A DNA stretch of 64,000 nt from a virus, in the IMG/VR virus record IMGVR_UViG_3300033145_002563, positions 276-64,275 of that record. One strand, given 5' to 3'. Shown here piece by piece: positions 56,563-64,000 of the stretch. How positions within the stretch are numbered: the first letter of the stretch is position 1; the number at the start of each line of letters is the position of its first letter. Under the pieces are notes generated by a model. The model did no database searches. It saw only the letters and a list, made by a program, of their open reading frames with translations, and was not told where the DNA came from. A program made the position numbers and the translations under genes.

Positions 56563-58938
56563 TTAAAGCCAGCCTTGATCCATATACAAACATAGTCTCT
56601 CTCCAAAGTGAGAGATTAGATAATGATGAGAGTTATCAAAGAAATCGACAATAAGCACCTCAGATTTCTTATCAGTCTTCCTCAGTCCCCTACCGATTGC
56701 TTGTAATGTAGAAATCTCGCTTTTGCCCCCAGCAGCATTTACTACTGAACTAAGTGAGGGAATATTGATTCCTTCCTTCCATACAGCAGTAGATACTACA
56801 CAATTTACCTCCTTACCAATCATAGCATGGCGTGTCTCTCTTCTTACATCAGCCTCAGTAGCTCCTTGCACGAAAACTATCTCAAACCCAAAAATTTCTT
56901 TGGCCATATTTACAAGAGTTTCGCCGTGTTGAATCTTGATAACAAGGATAAGAACAGTTTTACCTTGAGCTAATAGATCTCTGACCGTCTTTAGAATTAA
57001 ACGATTTCTTCCTTTGTTTTCTACTACTCCTTTTTGATATACATCAGGGTAACGGCTCTGTTGTTTCGCAGAAGAGTTGTAAGGAACCTTGACCAGCTTG
57101 ATTTTAGGAACAGCAAGGATATTTAAACTCGCAGCCTCTTGAATTGTTAACTCTCCAATCAGAGGGCCAATATGCCCTTCTAACGCAAGCCTCGATTCTT
57201 CCCTGTCTGGTAAGGTCGCTGTCAGACCAAACCTTGCAGGAGAGATAAGAGATCCTAGTATCTTGGAATAGGTATTGGTGAAGCCGGAGATGTGATGACA
57301 GTTGTGAACTAATACTCCTTCAGCAAAATAACTATGATCGTTTTCTACTTCTAAATCATAGAATTCTATAAAGCCTTGATTTCTTTCTTTATTTCCAACA
57401 ATACTTTTGAAAGATTTGTCATTACTTCCTCGTTTGTAAATCTCAATATCTTCCACCCTAACTCGGTTAGTTTTCGTTCTTTCTTTTCGTCCTTTGCTTT
57501 GACTGATTTTGCTCGGTGACCTTTCCCGTCTATTTCTATTCCCATCTTCAGTCTGGGGTCTCCAATATCTACTTTGTAACAAGTTGGGTATCCTTGAGAT
57601 TCCAGATAGCTTCTTCTTTTTGATATCGGTCTGTCCGGAGCTAAGGGGATAGGCCATTCCGTAGGCCATCCTAAGGCAAGAGAAAGCCTGATTTGTGGTT
57701 CTGTAAGCTTTCCATTTCCTCCACGTTCTCCCAACCAGATGTTTAATGTGCCATTTATCCTTTTTGTGTTCATCATCTTCTCTATGATGCCCGGCATGTT
57801 CATGGGGTTGTTTTTTTTCATTCTTGTTGAAATGATATCTTTCCTTTTTAGATTCGTTTTCCTCATTGTTATTGAGGAGCTCTTGCTTCTCTCTGGATCT
57901 TTGTAAGCACAGGATTTTGAACAGAATCTTTGAACAGAAGCTCTTTGTTTGAAAACTATTTTGCAGATAGGGCATGTTATCTCTGGTAGTCTTGGTCCTC
58001 CCATTTTTTTCCTCCCCCAATTCATTTGATATGATGCCAAGCTTCTTGTAAAATGAATTGGGAGGAAAGTCAAGCAAAAATTTCCCTTTTGTATCTATGG
58101 CTTTTAACCATTTGTTATCTGCCCATAATAGGTGATCTTTTGTACATATTAACTCTCTTTTGTCGGACAATGTCAGCTTAATTATATTATCAAGAGAAGT
58201 GTTATTCTTGAAAATATTAGTTACCTTGTTAATCCCTGATTTAGTGAATACCTGATCTCCTATTTTAATGGTTTCTATCTTCTTATTGCCAATTGTAGTT
58301 TTGATTCTAGTGTTTTTTGGAAAGCATTCGTCGACAATTACTATATCATAACTATTGTTGTTAGATTTCCAAGGATCTAGTTTTGAGAAGGACTGCATAG
58401 TAGAAACCAGGATTCTTCCTAACTCCTTCTTTCCACCTCGGAGCCTGCCAACATCGTCAAAACCAAATTTCTTGAGTTCATCATATGTTTGGTCTATAAG
58501 ATCAACTGTGTGGGCCAAGAATAGGATCTTACAAGATGGTAAACAGGACATAATTCCCAATGCAATAATTGTCTTTCCCGACCCTGTTGGCGCTTTGATG
58601 ACTCCTCTCTGGACTTTGACCGCTTGCTGGATCAGTTTTATCTGATCTTCCCGAAAAGTTATCCCAGGAAGATTTGGTTTAATGGGAGATAGTCGTTCTT
58701 CATAGCCGTGCCAGCTAACGTCGATATTGTTCCTTTCACAGTACTCCTGTATGCGTTGCCGAAACCCTGTTAAGAATACTCCACTTTTGGAGATCAGAGA
58801 TTTTCTATATACTTTCTCTTCTCTTCTCCATTGTCCTTGTCTCCAGTACGAAGCCTCGTAAGAGAGACAGGGTCTGAGAAATTCGATGTCTTTTTTGTCC
58901 ACTTTACAATGGACAGGATCTAGTATTTCAATATCCAT
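56563..58938 (-). CDS. Superfamily 2 DExH helicase with intein
   Basis: APTGSGKT, IVDE|CHH, GLTAT, WKEGINIP, QAIGRGLR. Confidence 0.92.
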   Translation of the reverse strand: MDIEILDPVHCKVDKKDIEFLRPCLSYEASYWRQGQWRREEKVYRKSLISKSGVFLTGFRQRIQEYCERNNIDVSWHGYEERLSPIKPNLPGITFREDQIKLIQQAVKVQRGVIKAPTGSGKTIIALGIMSCLPSCKILFLAHTVDLIDQTYDELKKFGFDDVGRLRGGKKELGRILVSTMQSFSKLDPWKSNNNSYDIVIVDECFPKNTRIKTTIGNKKIETIKIGDQVFTKSGINKVTNIFKNNTSLDNIIKLTLSDKRELICTKDHLLWADNKWLKAIDTKGKFLLDFPPNSFYKKLGIISNELGEEKNGRTKTTRDNMPYLQNSFQTKSFCSKILFKILCLQRSREKQELLNNNEENESKKERYHFNKNEKKQPHEHAGHHREDDEHKKDKWHIKHLVGRTWRKWKAYRTTNQAFSCLRMAYGMAYPLSSGQTDIKKKKLSGISRIPNLLQSRYWRPQTEDGNRNRRERSPSKISQSKGRKERTKTNRVRVEDIEIYKRGSNDKSFKSIVGNKERNQGFIEFYDLEVENDHSYFAEGVLVHNCHHISGFTNTYSKILGSLISPARFGLTATLPDREESRLALEGHIGPLIGELTIQEAASLNILAVPKIKLVKVPYNSSAKQQSRYPDVYQKGVVENKGRNRLILKTVRDLLAQGKTVLILVIKIQHGETLVNMAKEIFGFEIVFVQGATEADVRRETRHAMIGKEVNCVVSTAVWKEGINIPSLSSVVNAAGGKSEISTLQAIGRGLRKTDKKSEVLIVDFFDNSHHYLISHFGERLCLYMDQGWL
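57301..58326 (-). mobile_element. Intein (342 aa) in helicase motif II whose centre is an overlapping-frame endonuclease gene
   Basis: Starts CFPKNT, CTKDH block B, FYDLEV..HSYFAEGVLVHN blocks F/G, +1 residue Cys. Confidence 0.9.
57366..58004 (-). CDS. Nested Zn-finger plus DUF559/Vsr-like endonuclease inside the intein, in a different frame
   Basis: GGAGG 6 nt before ATG at 58004; CPIC..FCSKSC; YKVDIG..GIEIDGKGH..KDEKKERKLTELGWKILRFTNEEV. Confidence 0.85.
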   Translation of the reverse strand: MGGPRLPEITCPICKIVFKQRASVQRFCSKSCAYKDPERSKSSSITMRKTNLKRKDIISTRMKKNNPMNMPGIIEKMMNTKRINGTLNIWLGERGGNGKLTEPQIRLSLALGWPTEWPIPLAPDRPISKRRSYLESQGYPTCYKVDIGDPRLKMGIEIDGKGHRAKSVKAKDEKKERKLTELGWKILRFTNEEVMTNLSKVLLEIKKEIKAL

Positions 58939-58947
58939 ATATTATAT

Positions 58948-58985
58948 TATATTATATCCTATTTCTGAAATTTTTTACAAAAAAT
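58948..58985 (-). promoter_or_regulatory. Conserved sigma70-like promoter, copy 3
   Basis: TTGTAA-AAAATTTCAGAAATAGGA-TATAAT immediately upstream of the helicase ATG. Confidence 0.75.
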
Positions 58986-58998
58986 TTTAAAAATTTTT

Positions 58999-59427
58999 TC
59001 ATAAAAGATCAACAAACGCTCTTAACTCCTTGAATACTTTATTAATTTTTTTTATTTTCCAAGAAAAATTTTGATCCCATCTCAGGTAATCGGCCAAAAC
59101 CCGAACATTTAGAACCTCTTTTTTCTTTGGAATGTAAAAAGGAGGACGGCCGTTTTTTGGAGATCTTGCTAATACAAATATCTCCATGGGAGTGTTGAGA
59201 ACAAGGCGAATTACTTCCTTGGCTTCCTCAGATAGTTTTTCAAACAAATCTTTCTTGATTGTCTGTTGGAGGACGCTATAATCCGATGGAATATCGAATT
59301 GGTTTTCATCATCTACATAGACGAAAAGCTTTCCAGTAGCAGCGTGGTAAGCCATTAGATAGCAATAGTCTCTTGAGATGGATTCCTTCATCTTCCTTCC
59401 TCCTTTCATTTTATTGCTTCTTTCCAC
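58999..59427 (-). CDS. Hypothetical protein
   Basis: ORF track. Confidence 0.55.
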   Translation of the reverse strand: MERSNKMKGGRKMKESISRDYCYLMAYHAATGKLFVYVDDENQFDIPSDYSVLQQTIKKDLFEKLSEEAKEVIRLVLNTPMEIFVLARSPKNGRPPFYIPKKKEVLNVRVLADYLRWDQNFSWKIKKINKVFKELRAFVDLL

Positions 59428-59627
59428 ATATCCCTCAAAGCAATCAAACTGATTTTCACTTCCTGTATATCGGCTGAACTACCTCTCCATAAAAGAAGTT
59501 TCATTTGATTATACACAGCACTAATTTGTCTTGCTGTTGTTCCTCCATTTTCAAGGTCTAGAGAATCAGAGAGCTCAGAAATTATATCTAAAGCTCTTGT
59601 TATGAATTTCTTTTCTTTTTCTGCCAT
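59406..59627 (-). CDS. Small hypothetical protein
   Basis: ORF track. Confidence 0.5.
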   Translation of the reverse strand: MAEKEKKFITRALDIISELSDSLDLENGGTTARQISAVYNQMKLLLWRGSSADIQEVKISLIALRDMWKEAIK

Positions 59628-59720
59628 TTCAAGATTCTTGATGGCAGCATCATAACATAGGAAGACGAGCTCTTGTTGTTCTATCTGTTTAGTTGTCTTT
59701 TTCGTTAAAGATCTCCTTTC

Positions 59721-60083
59721 CTATACTAGAATAACTTCATTATCTGGCTTCATCTTTTGGAATTTGTTAATAGTATCTTCTGTACCTCCTTTCCTATCTT
59801 CTGCTATGCAAGCAATAAGGGTATCTGATGTTTTTGCAATGGAACCATTCCTCACAAATCCTGCTCCCTTACCATAAGTTTTCCAATCAGGAAAGAAAAT
59901 AACTATAGGTATCCCTGTTTCTTTAGCGAGAGTATAAGCAAAATGATCCCCTCCTTTTGGACAACCACCAGAACAAATCCAGTCACCTTCTTCATAGATT
60001 TCAAAGAAGGTATTACGGACTTTCTGATAATCATCTGGAGTGTTCCTCCTTCTGGAGCCTACTATTCCGATTGTTTTCATCAC
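59721..60083 (-). CDS. SLOG/DprA-like Rossmann-fold protein
   Basis: IGIVGSR, SGGCPKGGD, PDWKTYGKGAGFVRN, GGTEDTI. Confidence 0.8.
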   Translation of the reverse strand: MMKTIGIVGSRRRNTPDDYQKVRNTFFEIYEEGDWICSGGCPKGGDHFAYTLAKETGIPIVIFFPDWKTYGKGAGFVRNGSIAKTSDTLIACIAEDRKGGTEDTINKFQKMKPDNEVILV

Positions 60084-60475
60084 AGTTTCCTTTCACTTGT
60101 TATTTCTTTATAGAAATGATTCCCTTTACCAAAACTGGCCCACCAGGTTTGATTACCTACAAAAAATCTGGTAGTTCTTCCTTTTGTAATCTTAGTAAAC
60201 AACTTATTACAAACGAGACTTTCGTATCCGGTAGTATGATAGTTCGTATCTTTGTTTAGTTGGTTCCCTTTTGAATCATATTCTAGAGTCCGTCTTTCAC
60301 TTCGCAGTCTTTTCCAAACAGGACAATTCTTTTCAGAGCAGTTGCAAACTGTCTTGTATTCTTCTTTATTTTTACTTTGCTTAACTAAGGTAGGACACTT
60401 GTAAGGATGTGCCCAATATGATAGTTTGCAATACTTCCTAAATGTTTTCCATGTTATTAGTTTTGTTTTCATAAG
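60080..60475 (-). CDS. Hypothetical Cys-rich protein (probable start MKTKL)
   Basis: GGAGG RBS before MKTKL; ORF track starts at 60538. Confidence 0.45.
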   Translation of the reverse strand, partial: LMKTKLITWKTFRKYCKLSYWAHPYKCPTLVKQSKNKEEYKTVCNCSEKNCPVWKRLRSERRTLEYDSKGNQLNKDTNYHTTGYESLVCNKLFTKITKGRTTRFFVGNQTWWASFGKGNHFYKEITSERKL

Positions 60476-60486
60476 TCCTCCTTTTT

Positions 60487-61074
60487 TTAGTAACCCGTGT
60501 TTCTGTCTCGATGATACTGGCAAATTTCTTTGTTCCAAGAACCTTGCCAGTTGGTTCGTCTACCATACTTTCGATGAAGTATTGCCATTTCCTTCAAATT
60601 ATCAGAACAAATATTGTTCCATATATCGTGCCAAACTGCATTGTATCTTTTGTTTTTAACAGGTTTGAACGTCAAGGCGTCTGCTTGATGTAATGTTGCT
60701 CTTGAGTCCTCTCCAAAATAGGGCCATACTAAAGAAATAACATCTTTGGAATTTTCTACTACTTCTACTTCCGTAACTTCTTCTTTGTTAAGAATTTCAG
60801 ATAGGACGACCCCGAGACCAAGTCCATTGATAAGAACTTTTCCATGAGCTTTATAAATAAAGTAAGAATGATCTCTACATTCAGCAGGAGTATTACTCAT
60901 AACTACAGATCCATCTCTACAAAGTCGTTTATATTTTCCAACAGGCATTTCCCTTCCAGGAGTCTTAAAAGAAATACGAAGATTCTCTAAACTATTTTCT
61001 GGCACTTCAAACTCATCAACTTCCCATCTTCCAGAAACTCCATTTGGAATTTCCATAACATCATACCTTTTCAT
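60487..61074 (-). CDS. Spermidine-synthase-like class I methyltransferase (probable start MKRYD)
   Basis: KVLINGLGLG, VVENSKDVI, ADALT, VWHDIW. Confidence 0.75.
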   Translation of the reverse strand: MKRYDVMEIPNGVSGRWEVDEFEVPENSLENLRISFKTPGREMPVGKYKRLCRDGSVVMSNTPAECRDHSYFIYKAHGKVLINGLGLGVVLSEILNKEEVTEVEVVENSKDVISLVWPYFGEDSRATLHQADALTFKPVKNKRYNAVWHDIWNNICSDNLKEMAILHRKYGRRTNWQGSWNKEICQYHRDRNTGY

Positions 61075-61092
61075 TTTTGTCTCCTTTCTAAA

Positions 61093-61176
61093 TGGTGGGA
61101 GAGGAAGGAATCGAACCTTCAAGCCTAAGCCACTGATTTACAGTCAGCTGAGCTCACCACACTACTCAACTCTCCC
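61093..61176 (-). tRNA. tRNA-Tyr(GTA)
   Basis: GGGAGAG/CTCTCCC acceptor, GCTGA-CTGTAAA-TCAGT anticodon arm, GGTTCGATTCC T-loop, encoded CCA. Confidence 0.9.
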
Positions 61177-61186
61177 TTTTTTTGTA

Positions 61187-61267
61187 TGGTAGGGACGGAG
61201 AGATTCAAACTCTCAACGCATGGGGGGTCTAAGCCTATCGCCTCTACCTAATTGGGCTACTTCTGCT
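61187..61267 (-). pseudogene. Degenerate or chimeric tRNA-Leu(TAG)-like sequence
   Basis: D-arm and perfect T-stem GAGAG/CTCTC plus CCA present; acceptor and anticodon stems largely unpaired. Confidence 0.55.
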
Positions 61268-61270
61268 TAG

Positions 61271-61345
61271 TCGGGAAGGCAGGATTTGAACCTGCGACCC
61301 CGTGGCTCCAAACTACATGCCCTAACTAGACTGGACCACTTCCCG
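61271..61345 (-). tRNA. tRNA-Pro(TGG)
   Basis: CGGGAAG/CTTCCCG acceptor, TTTGGAG loop, GCAGGTTCAAATCCTGC T-arm; one anticodon-stem mismatch; no encoded CCA. Confidence 0.8.
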
Positions 61346-61514
61346 AGATAAAATTCTATCCACTATGTTTTAACCTGTTCTGAATGCTTAAAACTATATT
61401 TGAATCCACATCTATCACAACTTGCTTTGTAGGAAACAAAAAACTCTCCTTCGTCATTCAGATAGAACTCATAATCTTCTCGTAGAGTCTCTCTGATATC
61501 TATTAGTTTTCTAG

Positions 61515-63143
61515 GAGTGTGTCGGAAAACTCTGCCTAACATGGCAAAGCACTTCTGTTTGTTCTTTGAAAATACAAATTTGTGATCGAATCCCGCTGAC
61601 GCATCTGAATCCGGGCCGCATCATTTGCCTTTAGGCTCCTTGGGCCGGCATAAAAGGCAAAGCACCGGCCCTCTTGTTACACGCTGTTTGGCAGTAATCC
61701 ACTTCTGTGCAGCTTCAACAGATTATGCGTTAGGCATATCAAGTGCCACTCAGCGGTTACTTTGTCGAGGCCACGCAAAAGAAATCGTCGAAATCCTCGA
61801 ATTTCCTTTATTTGTCCGAAGACCGGTTCGACGATCTGTTTTCGTTTTTTGTAAACGTTCCGCCCTTTGACTGTAAGTAGCTTGCGAGCCATGCGTTCTT
61901 TAGTGGTGGCATTTTTCGGAATACGGCTACGAGGACAGGGCCTGGGCGTATCTCCATGTTTCTGCCTACCAACTGCTACATGGGCGTCTATCTGTTCCTT
62001 GGCCAGATATTTCACGTTTTCTTCACTGTAGTAACCAGCATCGGCGCTGATCTTGTTCGGCTTGTGACCTTTGAGGTTTTCTTTCAAACATTCAACCAGT
62101 GGTTTGACTTGTTGCTTATCATTGGTTTCTTGAGTAACACCTGGGGCAACAATAATTTGTGCGGTCTCATCAACGGCTGCCTGACAATTATAGGCTTGCT
62201 CAAATGATTTACTTGCCCCATCTTTCATGATGCGAGAATCGGGATCGGTGAAGTTGCGCTGGGCCTTGGAATCAGGCTCGTTACTGGGCTCTTTCGGTTT
62301 TCTGCCTTTGGGTTTTTGGCCGACTTTTGCGGTAACCTCCTCCTTGCGGCGGTTGGCTTGTCGCTTAGCGTCCGCATTGGTTCTGGCTTCTTGTTCCAAA
62401 GCCGCCTTCGCCTCTTTGATCTTTGCCAAACGGCTCTGTTTGAAACGCAGTTCCTTGGGAAGTTCATCGCCTCGGTTGCCTTTACCGTATTTGTCGTCTT
62501 CGTCGTCATCGGCGGCTTGTGCTTCGTTCAGAAGGCGTTTGACTTCTTCTTCAAGCTCTTGGGCCTTCTTTTCCATACGCCCATAGCTCATGGCCTTGTG
62601 TTTTGAGGCGTTGGCCTTGACTTTGGTACCATCGAGAGACACATGACCCAATTTGACCAGACCGGTCTTCTGGCAGATGCTAAGAATCTGAACAAACAAT
62701 CCGACCAGCGCCTCAAGATGGCGTTTGCGAAACTCGGCAATAGTGTCGTGATCAGGATGTTGATCGGCAGTTAGAACACGAAAAGGAACCCGTTCATAGG
62801 TGGCCTTTTCTATTTTCCTTGAACTGGGCACACCCACACAGTAAGCATAAAGCAGTAGACTGGTCATCATCTCTGGATCGAACGGCGGTTGGCCGCCCTT
62901 TGAGCCGTCATAGCTCAGGTAAATATCGGAAAGATTGAGTTGGCCAACCACATCCATGATGAAATAGGCCAAATCGTCTTCCGGTAACCAGTCCTTCATG
63001 TCTGGCGGCAGAAGTAACAACTGCCCCGGCGTGTACGGTTTGAATCGTGTTTGATTTTTCATGAAAACAAAACTATCAATCTCAATAGCTAACTGCAATA
63101 GTTATTTAAGACAAGACCTGAAAGAGGGTTCTCCGACAGGCTC
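61515..63143 (-). mobile_element. IS1182 family insertion sequence
   Basis: Imperfect terminal IRs GAGTGTGTCGGAAAACTCT / GAGCCTGTCGGAGAACCCT; CTAG at 61511-61514 and 63144-63147; high GC. Confidence 0.9.
61677..63062 (-). CDS. IS1182 family DDE transposase (probable start MKNQ)
   Basis: LLLPPDMKDWLP, GQPPFDP, PDHDTIAEFRKR, LDGTKVKANAS, TDPDSRIM, ADAGY, RKQIVEPVFGQIK. Confidence 0.95.
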   Translation of the reverse strand: MKNQTRFKPYTPGQLLLLPPDMKDWLPEDDLAYFIMDVVGQLNLSDIYLSYDGSKGGQPPFDPEMMTSLLLYAYCVGVPSSRKIEKATYERVPFRVLTADQHPDHDTIAEFRKRHLEALVGLFVQILSICQKTGLVKLGHVSLDGTKVKANASKHKAMSYGRMEKKAQELEEEVKRLLNEAQAADDDEDDKYGKGNRGDELPKELRFKQSRLAKIKEAKAALEQEARTNADAKRQANRRKEEVTAKVGQKPKGRKPKEPSNEPDSKAQRNFTDPDSRIMKDGASKSFEQAYNCQAAVDETAQIIVAPGVTQETNDKQQVKPLVECLKENLKGHKPNKISADAGYYSEENVKYLAKEQIDAHVAVGRQKHGDTPRPCPRSRIPKNATTKERMARKLLTVKGRNVYKKRKQIVEPVFGQIKEIRGFRRFLLRGLDKVTAEWHLICLTHNLLKLHRSGLLPNSV

Positions 63144-63286
63144 CTAGATTCAAATAGGGCGGTTTCATATTTTTCTGGTGGTAGTTTTCCATACGCACTT
63201 CTGACGTTACTAATTTGCTTCTGTTTTGTCCTTTCGGTCATTCTTTTGCATTTGGGACAAGTAGTCCAATTATCAGCACTCATCCT

Positions 63287-63478
63287 TTACCTCCTCTCAA
63301 CTTTAAAGTTGTCTTTCTGTCCTAAGAAATAACATCTTAACCTGCTTAAAGTATTCAACTTAAGACGTTTCTTTAACTGAACGAGTAGATTCATAAACGC
63401 TTTGGATTCACAGGACGCATGTGTCCATAGAGTAAAAATCTCACCTTGCCAATTGAATATTCCTTTGTATCTATTCAT
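63287..63478 (-). CDS. Small hypothetical protein
   Basis: ATG directly follows the IscB-type MITE. Confidence 0.55.
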   Translation of the reverse strand: MNRYKGIFNWQGEIFTLWTHASCESKAFMNLLVQLKKRLKLNTLSRLRCYFLGQKDNFKVERR

Positions 63479-63564
63479 AAAAGTTCAGACAAGGAGACTG
63501 TCGTTTTCAAGCGACAGAGGAATTGCCTGCCGCTTGGGCTTACTTACAACTGACGGTAGTTGAC
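63479..63564 (-). mobile_element. 86-bp IscB-type MITE
   Basis: Same as 54973-55072 apart from a 14-nt deletion; followed by ATGAAT. Confidence 0.85.
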
Positions 63565-63989
63565 TTTTGTTTCTTCAACAACTTGATTCCATATCGTAAA
63601 ATTTTTATTTGCAAGGCCCTGTCGGCGACCAAGTCGGCCCTGTCGACGGCGCTGTAGGCAGCTCTATAAGCACTGTGAGCAGCACTGTGAGCGCTGTTGG
63701 CAGCACTGTGGGCACTGTGGGCAGCACTGTAGGCGGCCCTGTAAGCCCTGTCGACGTCTCTGTTGGCGGTCCTGTAAGCCCTGTCGGCAGCCCTGTCAGC
63801 AGCCCTGTGGGCGGCCCAGTAGGCGCTGTAAGCGGCATTTTTATTTTTACGAGTAGGGCTTTTTATGCACTTTTTGGCAGCCATGATAGCTTTGTGGGGC
63901 CCGCTATCGTCAGGATATTGTTTTTCATAGATATCAATCACTTGTTCGGCTGCATATACCGCATACGATACGTACATTTTATATGTCAT
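63540..63989 (-). CDS. Imm5-like protein with Ala-rich repeats (probably extends beyond the window; C-terminus altered by the MITE)
   Basis: YAVYAAEQVIDIYEK.YPDD..P.KAI.AA; repeated AAYSA/AAHSA units. Confidence 0.6.
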   Translation of the reverse strand: MTYKMYVSYAVYAAEQVIDIYEKQYPDDSGPHKAIMAAKKCIKSPTRKNKNAAYSAYWAAHRAADRAADRAYRTANRDVDRAYRAAYSAAHSAHSAANSAHSAAHSAYRAAYSAVDRADLVADRALQIKILRYGIKLLKKQKSTTVSCK

Positions 63990-64000
63990 CAGATGCGTGA

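Larger units (their letters stand above)
61363..63283 (-). pseudogene. Small two-CxxC protein gene interrupted by IS1182
   Basis: Removing the IS and one CTAG gives an open frame MSADNWTTCPKC...ESR|KLIDIRETLREDYEF...SCDRCGFKYSFKHSEQVKT*. Confidence 0.8.

Noticed and set aside
58005-58073. ORF-track start (58073) of the nested endonuclease
   Set aside because: No RBS there; the ATG at 58004 has GGAGG at 6-nt spacing and directly precedes the Zn finger
63605-63838. + strand Pro/Thr/Gly-repeat ORF
   Set aside because: Antisense of the Ala-rich repeats in the minus-strand Imm5-like gene

Overview
AT-rich 64 kb segment in which almost every real gene lies on the minus strand. It is most consistent with a large dsDNA phage or phage-like element; no virion genes are in the window, and a Desulfobacterota-like host is only inferred. 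The left ~27 kb is a glycan-biosynthesis region (WecA-like transferase, GT2s, NeuB and two cytidylyltransferases, epimerases, DegT and class III aminotransferases, two sulfotransferases, two radical SAM enzymes) plus a Ycf46-like AAA ATPase/DUF2997/DUF1257 trio. The right part is a replication/recombination module (split SbcC, SbcD, Holliday resolvase, 5'-3' exonuclease, RecA, SSB, UvsY-like, clamp loader, UDG-PolA, beta clamp, DnaB, initiator-like protein, primase, SF2 helicase) followed by tRNAs. Mobile elements are dense: 4 inteins, a free-standing HNH endonuclease, 2 tnpB elements, an IS1182 and about 9 ORF-less IS200/IS605 derivatives. Main highlights: (1) a TIGR-Tas-type RNA-guided locus at 34.0-36.1 kb, with three 36-nt dual-repeat/dual-spacer arrays interleaved with a nuclease-less, Zn-ribbon-expanded Nop-domain protein and an unknown partner gene; (2) a helicase intein carrying a separate endonuclease gene, with its own RBS, in an overlapping frame; (3) an intein in a class III aminotransferase; (4) an (RP)LRKIN(V/I) peptide recurring at the termini of four unrelated proteins; (5) IscB-type mini-elements all inserted just before ATGAAT; (6) a covarying tandem RNA hairpin pair. 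All family calls come from motif recognition by eye; no database searches were run.
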